Shown one piece after another: positions 40,008 to 50,526 of a DNA stretch of 64,000 nucleotides. This stretch comes from Myxococcota bacterium (GTDB lineage Bacteria > Myxococcota_A > Bradymonadia > UBA7976 > UBA1532). The position numbers and the translations under genes are program-made. Position 1 is the stretch's first letter. Every line of letters begins with the position of its first letter. The notes beneath the pieces are model-generated. The model worked only from the letters and a program-made list of their open reading frames with translations. It ran no database searches and was not told where the DNA came from. The DNA lies in the NCBI GenBank assembly GCA_036337435.1, contig JAYZEG010000001.1:32001-96000 (forward strand), in the 5' to 3' direction.

Positions 40008-41468
40008 TCAACGATATTCGACGACAGAGAGCGTCAACTGCCCCATCAGCTGAACCAAACTTGCCTGTCGGCTGAGGCCACCCCGCACAAATGCAATGTG
40101 TCCGACATCGACGGGCATCTGGCCCCAAGTTGGATCGACACTCAACCAGCCCTCTTTCGTCAACACCTCCGCCCAAGCATGATAACCGAATCGACCGTTA
40201 AGAAAGGCGATGCCGGTGACAAATCTGGTGGGAATACCGATGGAACGCGCCATCGCCACAAACAAGGTTGTATGCTCATTGCAATCACCGCGGCGCGTCT
40301 TCAGTGTTTCCAGGGCACTGGGCACGCCAATCACAGGCGCATCCTCCACCTGATTCGACACCCATTCCATCAGAGCTTTGGCTGCACCTATACTGTCTGT
40401 CGAAGGTCCAACCGCATCGGTCGCCTGTTCACGAATCTCATCTGAATCGCTCTGTATCAATAAGGTCGATTCGAGGTCAGCAGCCCGTTCGGGTCGGGCT
40501 GGTAATTGAAGTCCAGTACTCGACTGTTCTTTGGTCACCTTGAGCAATCCGTCATCAAAAACTTGACGTCTGTCATCCAGGTTAAATCCAGCCAGTTCGG
40601 TCCCTCCAAGACGCAAAGTGAGCGTGTTGAGTTCATCTGCTTTCTTGGGCATACCGGGCGCATTGATCATGGTTTGCTCGATAAAACTGACGTCATCAAT
40701 CGGGGCTGTGGCTTGTAGTTTTGTTTCACGTACGGCCACCATGCCAAATCCTAATTCCTGCCTGAGCATCTCACCGCGCTGGTTGATCCACGCATGAAGG
40801 GTCATGCCGTTGAGAGATTGTCGAATTCGAGTTGCTTTAACCAGTCGATCGACAACCACAACGTCTTCATACCCCTCCACCGTGATGGTCACCCGTTGAT
40901 TACGCTGAGTGATTGGGTCAAAGATGGACATGGTATGGACAGCACCTGGGGTTAAGGCCAGTTTGGCAAGCCGCGGCCCAAGGGTTTCTCTTAACACCGG
41001 GGTACTTTTCAGTTTGAGACTGTCTTGCCGCGTCACCCCCGCCGTTGTGATCGCCAACTTGAGTTGCTGACCCACGACAACCCCACGCCCGGTAATGGAA
41101 GCGGGTCCGGCATCGAGCTCAAACTGAAAACGGGTCAAGGTCATCGACTCGTCGAGAGACGCTGACAACTTAATCTCTATGGACAGCTTTTTATTGAGCA
41201 GTCCCAGTTGTTGAATTTTGCCGACAACTCGATAGTCAACCCCCGGTTTCGCGGCGGTCTTATGAATGTGAAAGTAACCGACACGCTTCTCTTGGAAATA
41301 CAGGCCCATCCATTCGTGGCCTAGGCGCACCTCAGTGCCTTGATCGAGAATATCCTGTTTTAGGTTGCTCGTATCTGACGGCGTTTGAATCGATGACCAG
41401 TAGAGGACACCGGCAAAAACAGCCAGGCCAACCAAGCCGAACAGATCCCATCGGGTGGTGTTTTGCAT
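40008..41468 (-). CDS. Membrane-anchored transglutaminase-like protein
   Basis: N-terminal TM; GDCNEH, YHAWAEV, WLSVDPT Cys-His-Asp triad. Confidence 0.87.
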   Translation of the reverse strand: MQNTTRWDLFGLVGLAVFAGVLYWSSIQTPSDTSNLKQDILDQGTEVRLGHEWMGLYFQEKRVGYFHIHKTAAKPGVDYRVVGKIQQLGLLNKKLSIEIKLSASLDESMTLTRFQFELDAGPASITGRGVVVGQQLKLAITTAGVTRQDSLKLKSTPVLRETLGPRLAKLALTPGAVHTMSIFDPITQRNQRVTITVEGYEDVVVVDRLVKATRIRQSLNGMTLHAWINQRGEMLRQELGFGMVAVRETKLQATAPIDDVSFIEQTMINAPGMPKKADELNTLTLRLGGTELAGFNLDDRRQVFDDGLLKVTKEQSSTGLQLPARPERAADLESTLLIQSDSDEIREQATDAVGPSTDSIGAAKALMEWVSNQVEDAPVIGVPSALETLKTRRGDCNEHTTLFVAMARSIGIPTRFVTGIAFLNGRFGYHAWAEVLTKEGWLSVDPTWGQMPVDVGHIAFVRGGLSRQASLVQLMGQLTLSVVEYR

Positions 41469-41612
41469 AGCCGCATTATAGACAAATTCGACTTTAAAGC
41501 TTGTCAATCTATCGAAAAGCGCAAGAAACCCCCGAAAACTCCAGCACTGAACGCTTGAATAGTGTAAGTAAGAGTGCTACCTGTAAGCCCATAATCTGGG
41601 GAAATAGAACCA

Positions 41613-43997
41613 ATGGATACGGACCTTTTTTCAAGTGATGGAGAAGGCGCTGGGGGCCTGATAGAGCCAACTGACCTCTACCAGGCGACTCGGCACCGCT
41701 ACCTCAACTATGCGCTGAGCGTGATCACGAGTCGCGCCCTGCCAGACGTCCGAGACGGACTCAAACCGGTTCAGCGACGAATCTTGTACGGCATGTACAA
41801 GGATCTCAAGTTGCGCGCGGATACACGCTTTTTGAAGAGTGCGCGTGTGGTCGGTGAAGTGATGGGTAAATATCACCCACATGGTGACCAATCCATCTAC
41901 GATGCCATGGTCAGGATGGCCCAGAGCTTCAGTCTGAGGTACCCCTTGGTCGACGGACAAGGAAACTTTGGGTCCATCGATGGGGATGGGGCTGCAGCCA
42001 TGCGTTATACGGAAGCCAGACTTCAGAGTCTGGCCGAGGAACTGCTGGCTGAAATTGGCGAAGGTACGACGCTCTTTCGAACAACCTACGATGGTCAGTT
42101 GTCGGAGCCGATCACCCTCCCCGCACAAGTCCCAAATCTTCTCATCAATGGCGCATCAGGCATCGCCGTTGGTATGGCAACCAATATTCCGCCCCATAAT
42201 TTATGCGAAGTGATCGATGCATTGGTCTCCATGATCGACGACCCACTCGTGGACTCGGATACAGTCTGTCGCCATGTTCTGGGACCAGATTTTCCAACCG
42301 GGGGCGAAATACTCTCCTCGGCAGACGAGTTGAAGGCCATCTATACGACGGGTCAAGGCCCTGTGAAGCTGCGCGGAACGTATGATGTCGAGATGATCAA
42401 CCGAAAGAAATGCGTGGTCATCGACAGCATCCCCTACGGTGTCAATAAGAGCACCCTTATCGAAAAAATTGCCAGCCATATCATCAGCCGCAATGTCCCA
42501 CAAATTGTCGATGTTCGAGACGAAAGCACCGACGATATCAGAATCGTTCTGGAGCTTAAACGCGGCGCAGAGCCTAAGGTTGCGATGGCTTATCTGTACA
42601 AGAATACGCCACTGCAGCAGAACTTTCATGTCAACCTCACCTGCCTGGTTCCGTCGGATGTTCCCGAAGTATCTGCACCGGCGCGCTTGAGTCTATTGGA
42701 AGTACTTCGGCATTTCCTGGACTTCAGAATGGAGGTGGTCACACGCCGTCTTCGCCACCAGCTCGGTAAACTCGAAACAGCGATTCATCGGTTAGAGGGT
42801 TTCGAGATCATCTTCGATGCACTCGATGAATTGATCGCACTCATCAGAGCCAGTGAGGGCAAGGCTGACGCTGCACGAAAGATCATGTTGCGCTTCGATC
42901 TAGATGAAGAGCAAACCGATGCAATTCTTGAATTAAAGCTCTATCGCTTGGCAAAACTTGAAATTCTACTGATCCAAAAAGAATTGGACGAAAAACGACG
43001 CGATGCGGACCGGATTCGTGGGCTGCTGGCGAGCGAGTTTGCGCGCTGGAGCCTGGTTCGATCAGAGTTACTCGAAGTGCGAGAGGCCTACGGTGACCCA
43101 AGGCGTACGCGAATTACCGGCCCGACCAATGAGCAATCCTTCGATCCAGAAGCCTATATTGTGCGCGAGCGGACGTGGGTCATCGTCTCCAAACAGGGTC
43201 GAATTAAGCGGCAGAAAGGGTTTAGCGATGTCGGCGCAATTCGTGTACCCGACGGCGATGAGGTCGGCTGGGTAATCAGAACCGATACAACGCACACAGT
43301 GAGTCTCTACACCCAGTTTGGGTCAGCTTATACGCTTCGAGTGGACGACATCGGTGCTACTACAGGATATGGTGAACCCGTCCAAAGTGCATTTAACTTC
43401 AAAGATGGCGAACGAATCGTCGGGGTCACGACCAGCGATCCGAAAGTGGTGCGTGTCTGTGAGGACGCCGATGCGCTCTTGACCGATGACGACCCCAAGC
43501 CGCCTTTTGCGGTCGCGCTGAGCCGAGACGGTAAAGCCACCCGATTCGCAATCTCAGCTCACTTTGATGTGAGCACAAAGAACGGTCGACGTTTCATGAG
43601 TCTCGGCAAATCTGATGAAGTGTTGGCCGTATTTCTGAGTAGCGGTGATGAGCACGTTGCATTGGCAACGGTCAAGGGACGAGCGATGTTGTTCCGCGTT
43701 GACGAAATCCCGCCGAAGGCGACAGCGATTCGCGGCGTCAACGCAATCAAGCTGGCCTCAGGAGATCAAATCCTCGGATTCACGCTGACCATTAAGAAGC
43801 GACAAGGATTGACGGTTTGGACCAGTCGAGGGCGGGAGCTGATCGTACGTGAGACCAGCTACAAACCAGTCAAGCGCGGGGCTAAAGGTGCAGTCGTTCT
43901 CCAGGTTGGTTCACTCACCAAATGTGATTGGCCACTGCAAATCCTTCAGCCGCCCAGCGAAGAAGACGAGACTGAGGTTGATGAGGTAGTCGAATGA
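41613..43997 (+). CDS. parC: Type IIA topoisomerase A subunit (topo IV-like; no GyrA box)
   Basis: [29 protein letters not shown] (catalytic Tyr), beta-pinwheel CTD lacking QRRGGKG; the parC versus gyrA call is inference. Confidence 0.8.
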   Translation: MDTDLFSSDGEGAGGLIEPTDLYQATRHRYLNYALSVITSRALPDVRDGLKPVQRRILYGMYKDLKLRADTRFLKSARVVGEVMGKYHPHGDQSIYDAMVRMAQSFSLRYPLVDGQGNFGSIDGDGAAAMRYTEARLQSLAEELLAEIGEGTTLFRTTYDGQLSEPITLPAQVPNLLINGASGIAVGMATNIPPHNLCEVIDALVSMIDDPLVDSDTVCRHVLGPDFPTGGEILSSADELKAIYTTGQGPVKLRGTYDVEMINRKKCVVIDSIPYGVNKSTLIEKIASHIISRNVPQIVDVRDESTDDIRIVLELKRGAEPKVAMAYLYKNTPLQQNFHVNLTCLVPSDVPEVSAPARLSLLEVLRHFLDFRMEVVTRRLRHQLGKLETAIHRLEGFEIIFDALDELIALIRASEGKADAARKIMLRFDLDEEQTDAILELKLYRLAKLEILLIQKELDEKRRDADRIRGLLASEFARWSLVRSELLEVREAYGDPRRTRITGPTNEQSFDPEAYIVRERTWVIVSKQGRIKRQKGFSDVGAIRVPDGDEVGWVIRTDTTHTVSLYTQFGSAYTLRVDDIGATTGYGEPVQSAFNFKDGERIVGVTTSDPKVVRVCEDADALLTDDDPKPPFAVALSRDGKATRFAISAHFDVSTKNGRRFMSLGKSDEVLAVFLSSGDEHVALATVKGRAMLFRVDEIPPKATAIRGVNAIKLASGDQILGFTLTIKKRQGLTVWTSRGRELIVRETSYKPVKRGAKGAVVLQVGSLTKCDWPLQILQPPSEEDETEVDEVVE

Positions 43998-45925
43998 GCA
44001 GCAATTACACAGCGAGTGACATCACCATTCTTGAGGGTCTCGAACCAGTTCGAAAACGGCCGGGCATGTACATCGGTGGTGTCGGTAAGAACGGCTTACA
44101 TCACCTCATCTGGGAAGTGCTGGATAATGCAGTCGATGAGGCCATCAATGGCCATGCTAGCGTGATCAATGTGACGCTAGAAGCCAATGGCAAAACGGTC
44201 TCAGTTGAAGATAACGGACGCGGAATTCCGGTTGAGACGCATCCAACAGACAGCCAGAAGCGAAGCACATTGGAGGTCATTTTCACCGAGCTCCACGCGG
44301 GCGGTAAATTTGAACAAGGTGCCTATAGAACAGCGGGTGGCCTCCACGGTGTTGGTGCCAGCGTCGTCAATGCCCTATCGGAGGACCTCCTGGTTCGAGT
44401 GAAGCGGAATGGCGACACATACGAACAACGCTTTAGTAGGGGCCACTCCTTGGGATCCATCGATAAGGTCGGTCCAGGACGAGGTACGGGGACCTTTGTC
44501 CGCTTTACGCCGGATGAGACGATATTCGAATCAACCCTGTTTGATTCGAAACTGATCGCCAGTCGCCTTGAAGTGAAGACCTATCTTCACAAGGGCCTAC
44601 GAATTGTCTTCCGGGATGAAACTGCACGAGAGAAGGACAACAGAGTCCGAGAGTTTCGCCACGAGGGCGGGATTGTCGAATACCTGGACGATTTAATTAC
44701 AGCCCGTAGTCGACGCAAAGTAATCGACACAATTTTCAGCGTGGATCGAGACGAGGCTGACGGGCGAATCGAAATTGCACTGACGTGGACAGAAGCCACC
44801 GACATTGTCGTACACAGCTTCGTTAACGGCATCCCAACTCAAGACGGTGGGACCCACGAAAGTGGCCTGCGTGATGCCATCAATAAAGCGGTTCGAGATT
44901 ATATTGACGTCCATGAACTGACCCCAAGAGGCGTAACCGTATCCGCTGAGGATATCCGCGAGGGTCTGACAGCGTCGGTCAACCTATTCATCGGTGAGCC
45001 GCAGTTCCAAGGACAGACAAAGGACCGTCTCAATAATCCTGAAGTTCGTGGGTTTGTCACCTCTGCAGTCCGACCCGTCTTGGAACAATGGCTGCATCAG
45101 AATCAGACGACATCGGGTGCCATTGTAACCCGAATCATTCAAGCAGCCAGAGCACGCCAAGCAAGCCGGTCTGCAGCAGCAGCGGTCAGACGAAAATCTC
45201 CGGTGAGCCATCGACTTAATCTGCCCGGTAAGCTCGCTGATTGCTCTAGCACGGACCCAGGTGAATCTGAATTGTTCCTGGTTGAGGGTGACAGTGCGGG
45301 CGGGTCTGCGAAGCAAGGGCGCGACAGGCAGACACAAGCAATCCTTCCTTTGCGCGGTAAAGTTTTGAACGCAGAGCAGGCCAATGATCGCAAAGTGATG
45401 TCTAACCAAGAGTTAGCAGATATCGTTAAGGCCATTGGCTGTGGCATGGGCCAAGATCTCGATGAAGACAAACTGCGGTATCACAAAATTATTCTGCTCA
45501 TGGATGCCGATAGCGATGGGCATCACATCGCGACCCTCTTGCTGACATTCTTCTATCGATACCTAAAACCACTGATCGATGGGGGCTATGTATACATCGC
45601 TCAGCCACCTCTCTACCGAGTCGATATCGGTAAACAAACCTATTGGGCAGCAGACGATGCACAACGTGACCAGATCATCTCTGGACACAAAGGAAAAGGC
45701 AAAGTCGAAATACAGCGATTTAAAGGTTTGGGTGAAATGATGCCATCGACCCTGTACAAAACGACACTCGACCCATTGCATCGCCGCTTGCTACAAGTTC
45801 AAATTACAGACGAAGATCGATTGATTACGGAAACCACGATAACAGAGCTGATGGGAAAAGATCCCGCGGCGCGATTCCACTTTGTGATGAATAGCGCACA
45901 TGAGGCAGAAGAACTGGACATTTAG
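43994..45925 (+). CDS. parE: Type IIA topoisomerase B subunit
   Basis: [60 protein letters not shown] overlap with the A subunit. Confidence 0.8.
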   Translation: MSSNYTASDITILEGLEPVRKRPGMYIGGVGKNGLHHLIWEVLDNAVDEAINGHASVINVTLEANGKTVSVEDNGRGIPVETHPTDSQKRSTLEVIFTELHAGGKFEQGAYRTAGGLHGVGASVVNALSEDLLVRVKRNGDTYEQRFSRGHSLGSIDKVGPGRGTGTFVRFTPDETIFESTLFDSKLIASRLEVKTYLHKGLRIVFRDETAREKDNRVREFRHEGGIVEYLDDLITARSRRKVIDTIFSVDRDEADGRIEIALTWTEATDIVVHSFVNGIPTQDGGTHESGLRDAINKAVRDYIDVHELTPRGVTVSAEDIREGLTASVNLFIGEPQFQGQTKDRLNNPEVRGFVTSAVRPVLEQWLHQNQTTSGAIVTRIIQAARARQASRSAAAAVRRKSPVSHRLNLPGKLADCSSTDPGESELFLVEGDSAGGSAKQGRDRQTQAILPLRGKVLNAEQANDRKVMSNQELADIVKAIGCGMGQDLDEDKLRYHKIILLMDADSDGHHIATLLLTFFYRYLKPLIDGGYVYIAQPPLYRVDIGKQTYWAADDAQRDQIISGHKGKGKVEIQRFKGLGEMMPSTLYKTTLDPLHRRLLQVQITDEDRLITETTITELMGKDPAARFHFVMNSAHEAEELDI

Positions 45926-45994
45926 ACTCGATGACGGTGATCACATAAGCGTTGCAAGTGCCAACGTACGACGTGCGATCCAAGGAGGATTGAG

Positions 45995-46666
45995 ATGTTT
46001 AATCGACGTGCATTTCTAAGCCTTGCAGCACTCAGTATTTACCCAATTGGGGCGCGCTCCTATGTCCTGCCCGGGTATGGAATCATCCGAGAGGCGAAGT
46101 CGAAATTAAAGGCGTCAAAAGGGCTAAAAGTCACTTTAGAGACGCAAGTATGGGGTTCTGAAACCCGTCTGATGACGACCGTATCAGAGCGCTGGAACTT
46201 TAGCGGTGCCGGCCAGTTAACAATCCTTGGATCGACGAGCGAGACAGCCTGGTCTTTGGGCATGGACGCTCCATCGGCGTCGACATTTCCCGGGTTGGAC
46301 CTTCGTGTGATTCTCATCGGCCTTTTTGGAATGGGGGGACTTGATTCGGTTTTGTCTCATCTACGGATCGACTCAAAAAAGAGTCGCCTTGGTCTGCTCA
46401 ACAAAACTCCCATGCTTGTGGTCGGTACAAAAACCAAGCAGGAAAGGGCACCAGAAATCTGGTTTAATAAGAGAACCTGGATGGTAGAACGACTGAGATT
46501 TGGGGCACTCCAGACGTCTTACGACCTGCGACTGAGCGATTGGACAGCACCCGCGACACAAGGCATCTTTCCTGGGCGGATGACGCTCAATCTGAATGAC
46601 CGACCGATCCGTCTTTCCAAAACCGTTGGAATAAACAGGCTGAAAGGGCGGGTGAAGGGTGGCTGA
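45995..46666 (+). CDS. Exported protein with twin-arginine-like leader, possibly LolA-like fold
   Basis: AGGAGG RBS; MFNRRAFLSLAAL; EIWFNKRTW.VER and GIFP.R.T segments. Confidence 0.65.
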   Translation: MFNRRAFLSLAALSIYPIGARSYVLPGYGIIREAKSKLKASKGLKVTLETQVWGSETRLMTTVSERWNFSGAGQLTILGSTSETAWSLGMDAPSASTFPGLDLRVILIGLFGMGGLDSVLSHLRIDSKKSRLGLLNKTPMLVVGTKTKQERAPEIWFNKRTWMVERLRFGALQTSYDLRLSDWTAPATQGIFPGRMTLNLNDRPIRLSKTVGINRLKGRVKGG

Positions 46667-49079
46667 ATTTGTCGAAGTGGCCATACCCGTCCCACTGAGG
46701 ACGACCTATTCATATGCTGTCCCGCCCCCCATGCGTCCACACATCCAGCCGGGTCAACGCGTTCTGGTCTCGTTCGCAAATCGAAAAATCGTCGGCTATG
46801 TTTTGGCCTGCTTAGAGCAGCCACCAAAGGGGATAAAGCTCAAGGCAATCACGCGTATCGTCGATGAGCAAACGCCCACGTTTAGCCCTCAAATGCTGGG
46901 GTTCGTTAAGTGGATTGCGACGTATTACCTCGCACCGATAGGAGAGGTTCTCAAGGGTGCACATCCAGCAGGCACCAACGCCAAAAGTATTCCTGCTCTC
47001 GCTCTCGGTCCTAATCAAAAAGCAGCAGAATTCGCCGCTGGTGTCGATCTAGATCTGGCCTCTTTACTCCTCCAATTGAAAGAAAAAAACAAACCTGTGG
47101 CTCTTTCCGACGTGCCTGGTGCGCCATCAAAGTCTGCCATCAACGCCTGGGTTCAGTCGGGGTTTGTTGAGAGGGACTCGCTCGAGCAAAAGGGCCGTAT
47201 TGCCATCAAGAAAACCAAGACATTCAGAGCTGTAGGCCCCTGTCCACTCGAGCCGCGTGGCCGAGGTGGCCGAGTCCTTCGACGTGATGAAATTCATAGG
47301 TGGTTAATCGGTCAAGGCGACGTTATCCGAGAAGACGTGGAGAAACAATTTCCCAAGTCTCGTCAGCACCTAAAGCAGCTGCTCAATGAAGGCCATATCG
47401 TCGAGGGCTACAAAGAAGTGTACCGAGACCCTTTTATGGGCAGGACAGTTGCGCGTGATCGACCACCACAGCTCAATCGAGCCCAAGAAACGGCTGTAGA
47501 CCTCATTGCAAAAACAAAGGGCTATTGCGGCTATCTACTGTACGGAGTCACAGGAAGCGGCAAGACGGAAGTCTATTTACGCGCGATTTCGCAGGTATTA
47601 AAGGCGGGCCGGGGCGCATTGGTTCTTGTCCCGGAAATCGCGCTCACCCCTCAGCTTGTTGAACGTTTTAGGGCCCGTTTTGGTGATAACATCGCCGTCT
47701 TGCACAGTGCCCTTACCGATGGCGAACGCTATGACCAATGGCGCCAAATTAGACGCCGTGAACTTAAGATTGTCATTGGGGCTCGGTCAGCGATATTCGC
47801 ACCCATAAGTGACCTCGGCATTATCGTGGTAGACGAGGAGCACGACCCGTCCTACAAGCAAGGCGACGGCCTGAGATACCACGCGCGGGACATGGCGCTG
47901 ATTCGGGGGAGTCGAGAACAGGTTCCGGTTATTCTCGGGTCAGCAACGCCATCCCTAGAAAGTGTTTTCAATGTCCAGCATGGGAAATTAAAGCGGCTTA
48001 ATCTGCCGAGCCGAGCCACCGGAAGTGCCTTGCCTTCGGTTGAACTGATCGACCTTTCTACGACGCAGGCACCGGATGATGGTGACCGATTCTTGTCCCA
48101 ACCGGTGAGGGATGCTTTGGCCGAGACGATTCGAAAAGGCGAGCAAAGTATCGTCTTTCTGAATAGACGGGGCTTCAGCAGTTTTGTGCAATGTACCGCT
48201 TGCGGTGACGTGGTCGAATGCCATCGTTGTGCAATTTCAATGACATGGCACAAACGTCGGCGACTGCTGAGCTGTCACTACTGCAACGCAGCCCGACCCC
48301 TGCCAGAGCACTGTGCGTCATGTCAAAAACCGGCATTGGAGCTCCTGGGCCGCGGTACAGAAAAAGTAGAAGACCGAATTATGGCTCTGTTTCCCAATGC
48401 CCGTGTCCAGCGCCTCGACAGAGACACGTCAGCCGGCCGCGGCTTAGAGTCCATCGTAAGCAGAATGCAGAGTCAGGAAATCGACATCCTCGTTGGAACG
48501 CAAATGGTGACCAAAGGACATGACTTTCCCAATGTCACCCTGGTGTGTGTGCTGGATGCTGACGCAGGCCTTAACTTTCCTGATTTTAGGGCCGGTGAAC
48601 GGACCATACAATTGCTCACTCAAGTTGCAGGACGAGCTGGCCGTGGAGGCAAGAGTGGTCGTGTTCTGATTCAGACTTGGGATTCCGCCCAACCCAATTT
48701 GGCAACGCTGAAAACCCATGATTACGGCCGGTTCTGCGATGAAGAGCTCAAATTGAGATCCCTGATTGGATACCCACCCTATGAGTACGCACTCACTGTT
48801 CGAGTAGACGCACGCAATTCGACTCACGCTGAACGCGCCATTCGTGTGTTCGAGCAGGAGGTTTTAAGTCAACAAGACAACTTGCCCGGTCTGACTGTCA
48901 GGGGACCTGCTCCAGCCGCACTGGAACGACTCAAAGGACGGACCAGATGGGCATTCCTGTTGACTGCAAAAAAACGGCAGATTCTCCGACATGCATTATC
49001 GCTTATGAGCATCGAAGATCCCGATAGACCAAAGGATATTCGCGTCATTATCGATGTCGACCCTCATGACATGCTTTGA
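46659..49079 (+). CDS. priA: Primosomal protein N' (replication restart helicase)
   Basis: GVTGSGKTEVY, DEEHD.SYKQ, LNRRG, four CxxC, GTQM.TKGHDF, QVAGRAGR, IDVDP. Confidence 0.96.
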   Translation: MAEFVEVAIPVPLRTTYSYAVPPPMRPHIQPGQRVLVSFANRKIVGYVLACLEQPPKGIKLKAITRIVDEQTPTFSPQMLGFVKWIATYYLAPIGEVLKGAHPAGTNAKSIPALALGPNQKAAEFAAGVDLDLASLLLQLKEKNKPVALSDVPGAPSKSAINAWVQSGFVERDSLEQKGRIAIKKTKTFRAVGPCPLEPRGRGGRVLRRDEIHRWLIGQGDVIREDVEKQFPKSRQHLKQLLNEGHIVEGYKEVYRDPFMGRTVARDRPPQLNRAQETAVDLIAKTKGYCGYLLYGVTGSGKTEVYLRAISQVLKAGRGALVLVPEIALTPQLVERFRARFGDNIAVLHSALTDGERYDQWRQIRRRELKIVIGARSAIFAPISDLGIIVVDEEHDPSYKQGDGLRYHARDMALIRGSREQVPVILGSATPSLESVFNVQHGKLKRLNLPSRATGSALPSVELIDLSTTQAPDDGDRFLSQPVRDALAETIRKGEQSIVFLNRRGFSSFVQCTACGDVVECHRCAISMTWHKRRRLLSCHYCNAARPLPEHCASCQKPALELLGRGTEKVEDRIMALFPNARVQRLDRDTSAGRGLESIVSRMQSQEIDILVGTQMVTKGHDFPNVTLVCVLDADAGLNFPDFRAGERTIQLLTQVAGRAGRGGKSGRVLIQTWDSAQPNLATLKTHDYGRFCDEELKLRSLIGYPPYEYALTVRVDARNSTHAERAIRVFEQEVLSQQDNLPGLTVRGPAPAALERLKGRTRWAFLLTAKKRQILRHALSLMSIEDPDRPKDIRVIIDVDPHDML

Positions 49080-49127
49080 CGGATACGGCGTCGAGCAGAG
49101 TATTCAGTTCCCAAGGAGGAGGGGTCG

Positions 49128-49736
49128 TCAAGTAAAGCTGCTGACATCGCCGAGCCCAATCCGGAAAACTTCGGGCGGTGCAGTCGTTAAATCAACGACA
49201 CTGCTGACGCCTCCAGGGACATCACCCGCGTCGATCACAGCCTCCAACCCGTGGCCAAAAAACGACTCTACTGTCCAAGGGTCTGTTGCAAGAAAATCAC
49301 TGTCCGGTTCAATAGCACTGGTGACGATCAGCGGTTTTCGTAACGCCTCGATAAGCGTTTGAGGAACGATGTGGTCAGGCACCCGTGCGCCAAATCGCTT
49401 TCGCTTGTCGCCGATAAACCTCGGAAGACTCCGCTTGGACTCGAGGATGAAGCAATAAGGACCCGGTAGGTGACGCTTTAAGATGCGAAACTGGAGGTCA
49501 TCGACCAGCGCGTACTCACTGATGTGTCTGATGTCGCGAAACATGAGGGCCAAAGGTTTTTTGGGATCGAGACGGCGCAACGCGGTCAGCTTTTGAACTG
49601 CACTTTTCCGGTCGGGCAGACAGACGAGGGAGTAACTTGTGTCAGTGGGCATTCCCAGGAGTCCACCAGCCTCTAAGAACCCAACGAGGCGTTCGATCTG
49701 GTAAGGGGATGGATGTGGACTGAGCTGTAAGATCAT
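49128..49736 (-). CDS. Sua5/YrdC/YciO family protein (YciO-like)
   Basis: PTDTSY, LPGPY.FIL, GARVPD, SSVVDL; lacks the canonical TsaC KxR/SxN motifs. Confidence 0.85.
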   Translation of the reverse strand: MILQLSPHPSPYQIERLVGFLEAGGLLGMPTDTSYSLVCLPDRKSAVQKLTALRRLDPKKPLALMFRDIRHISEYALVDDLQFRILKRHLPGPYCFILESKRSLPRFIGDKRKRFGARVPDHIVPQTLIEALRKPLIVTSAIEPDSDFLATDPWTVESFFGHGLEAVIDAGDVPGGVSSVVDLTTAPPEVFRIGLGDVSSFT

Positions 49737-49742
49737 GGTGTT

Positions 49743-50108
49743 TTATTTCGCCAGGGGGGCTTCGATGACTTTTCCGGGCAAGCTGATCTCGGGCCTGTGG
49801 ACGCGCCGTCGGTACAAGAGCGCGATCCGGCCGATGGTCTGAGCTAAATGCGCCCCTGTTTTCTCGGCAAGAATTTGTGCATTCTTTTTTCGTTCTTTGG
49901 GTGGGTCTTCACCCATCGAAACCTTGATCAATTCATGGTCTCGAAGCGCGCTTCGCACCGATTCAACGAATTCATCAGTCAGGCCTTTCTGCCCCACCCT
50001 GATAAAGGCTTTCAGGCTGTGTCCCTGAGCCCTCAGGGCGCGTCTCTGCGCACCCGTGATTTCATAGGGCAGGCGCTTAGGATTCGGACTTTCGTTTGTA
50101 TCAGCCAT
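49743..50108 (-). CDS. yhbY: CRM-domain RNA-binding protein
   Basis: QRRALRAQGHSL, VGQKG, HELIKV, QTIGR..LLYR. Confidence 0.9.
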   Translation of the reverse strand: MADTNESPNPKRLPYEITGAQRRALRAQGHSLKAFIRVGQKGLTDEFVESVRSALRDHELIKVSMGEDPPKERKKNAQILAEKTGAHLAQTIGRIALLYRRRVHRPEISLPGKVIEAPLAK

Positions 50109-50223
50109 GGTCGATTCTCCCGAGAAACCAGCGGCGCATCATGCCGATCTCCCACCAGAGTAGCAAGCAATAAGATCGACGGCCGTTTCTAGATGAATGC
50201 CATGGTCTGTTTGGAGCCCGAGT

Positions 50224-50526
50224 TTACTTCTCGACATCCGATTCGCGGAGGGCTTCGACAATCCGCTTTTTACGATCTCGTCTCAGTTCGGGGTTGGCCT
50301 CCAGAGCCGCCAGGATTTCGGCCTCAATTGCAGCTAACTTGGCCGCAACGTCTGCTCTATGCTCTGGGTTAACGCCATCAAGTTTGCTGCCAAGACGGCC
50401 TCGGTCGGGGACGGTCGAACCAGCTCTCATTCGCAGGACGCGTTCTTCTTCAGCAGTCAGCTCGGTTTTCTTCCGGTCGGCTTCTGTTATCACCGTCGTC
50501 GTACGCCTTCTATCCTGCTTCTTCAC
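50224..50526 (-). CDS. Small protein resembling sigma70 region 4 helices
   Basis: GTG start with AAGGGG RBS; LTAEEERVLRMRAG and AIEAEILAAL. Confidence 0.75.
   Translation of the reverse strand: MKKQDRRRTTTVITEADRKKTELTAEEERVLRMRAGSTVPDRGRLGSKLDGVNPEHRADVAAKLAAIEAEILAALEANPELRRDRKKRIVEALRESDVEK

Noticed and set aside
41541..41580. CIRCE-like half sites (AGCACT ... GAGTGCTA) upstream of the topoisomerase
   Set aside because: Spacing is far longer than the 9 nt required; more likely an ordinary promoter with TTGAAT as -35
45949..45963. Sigma54-like TGGCAC-N-GC on the minus strand
   Set aside because: It points antisense into the topoisomerase B gene and lacks TT at -14; likely chance
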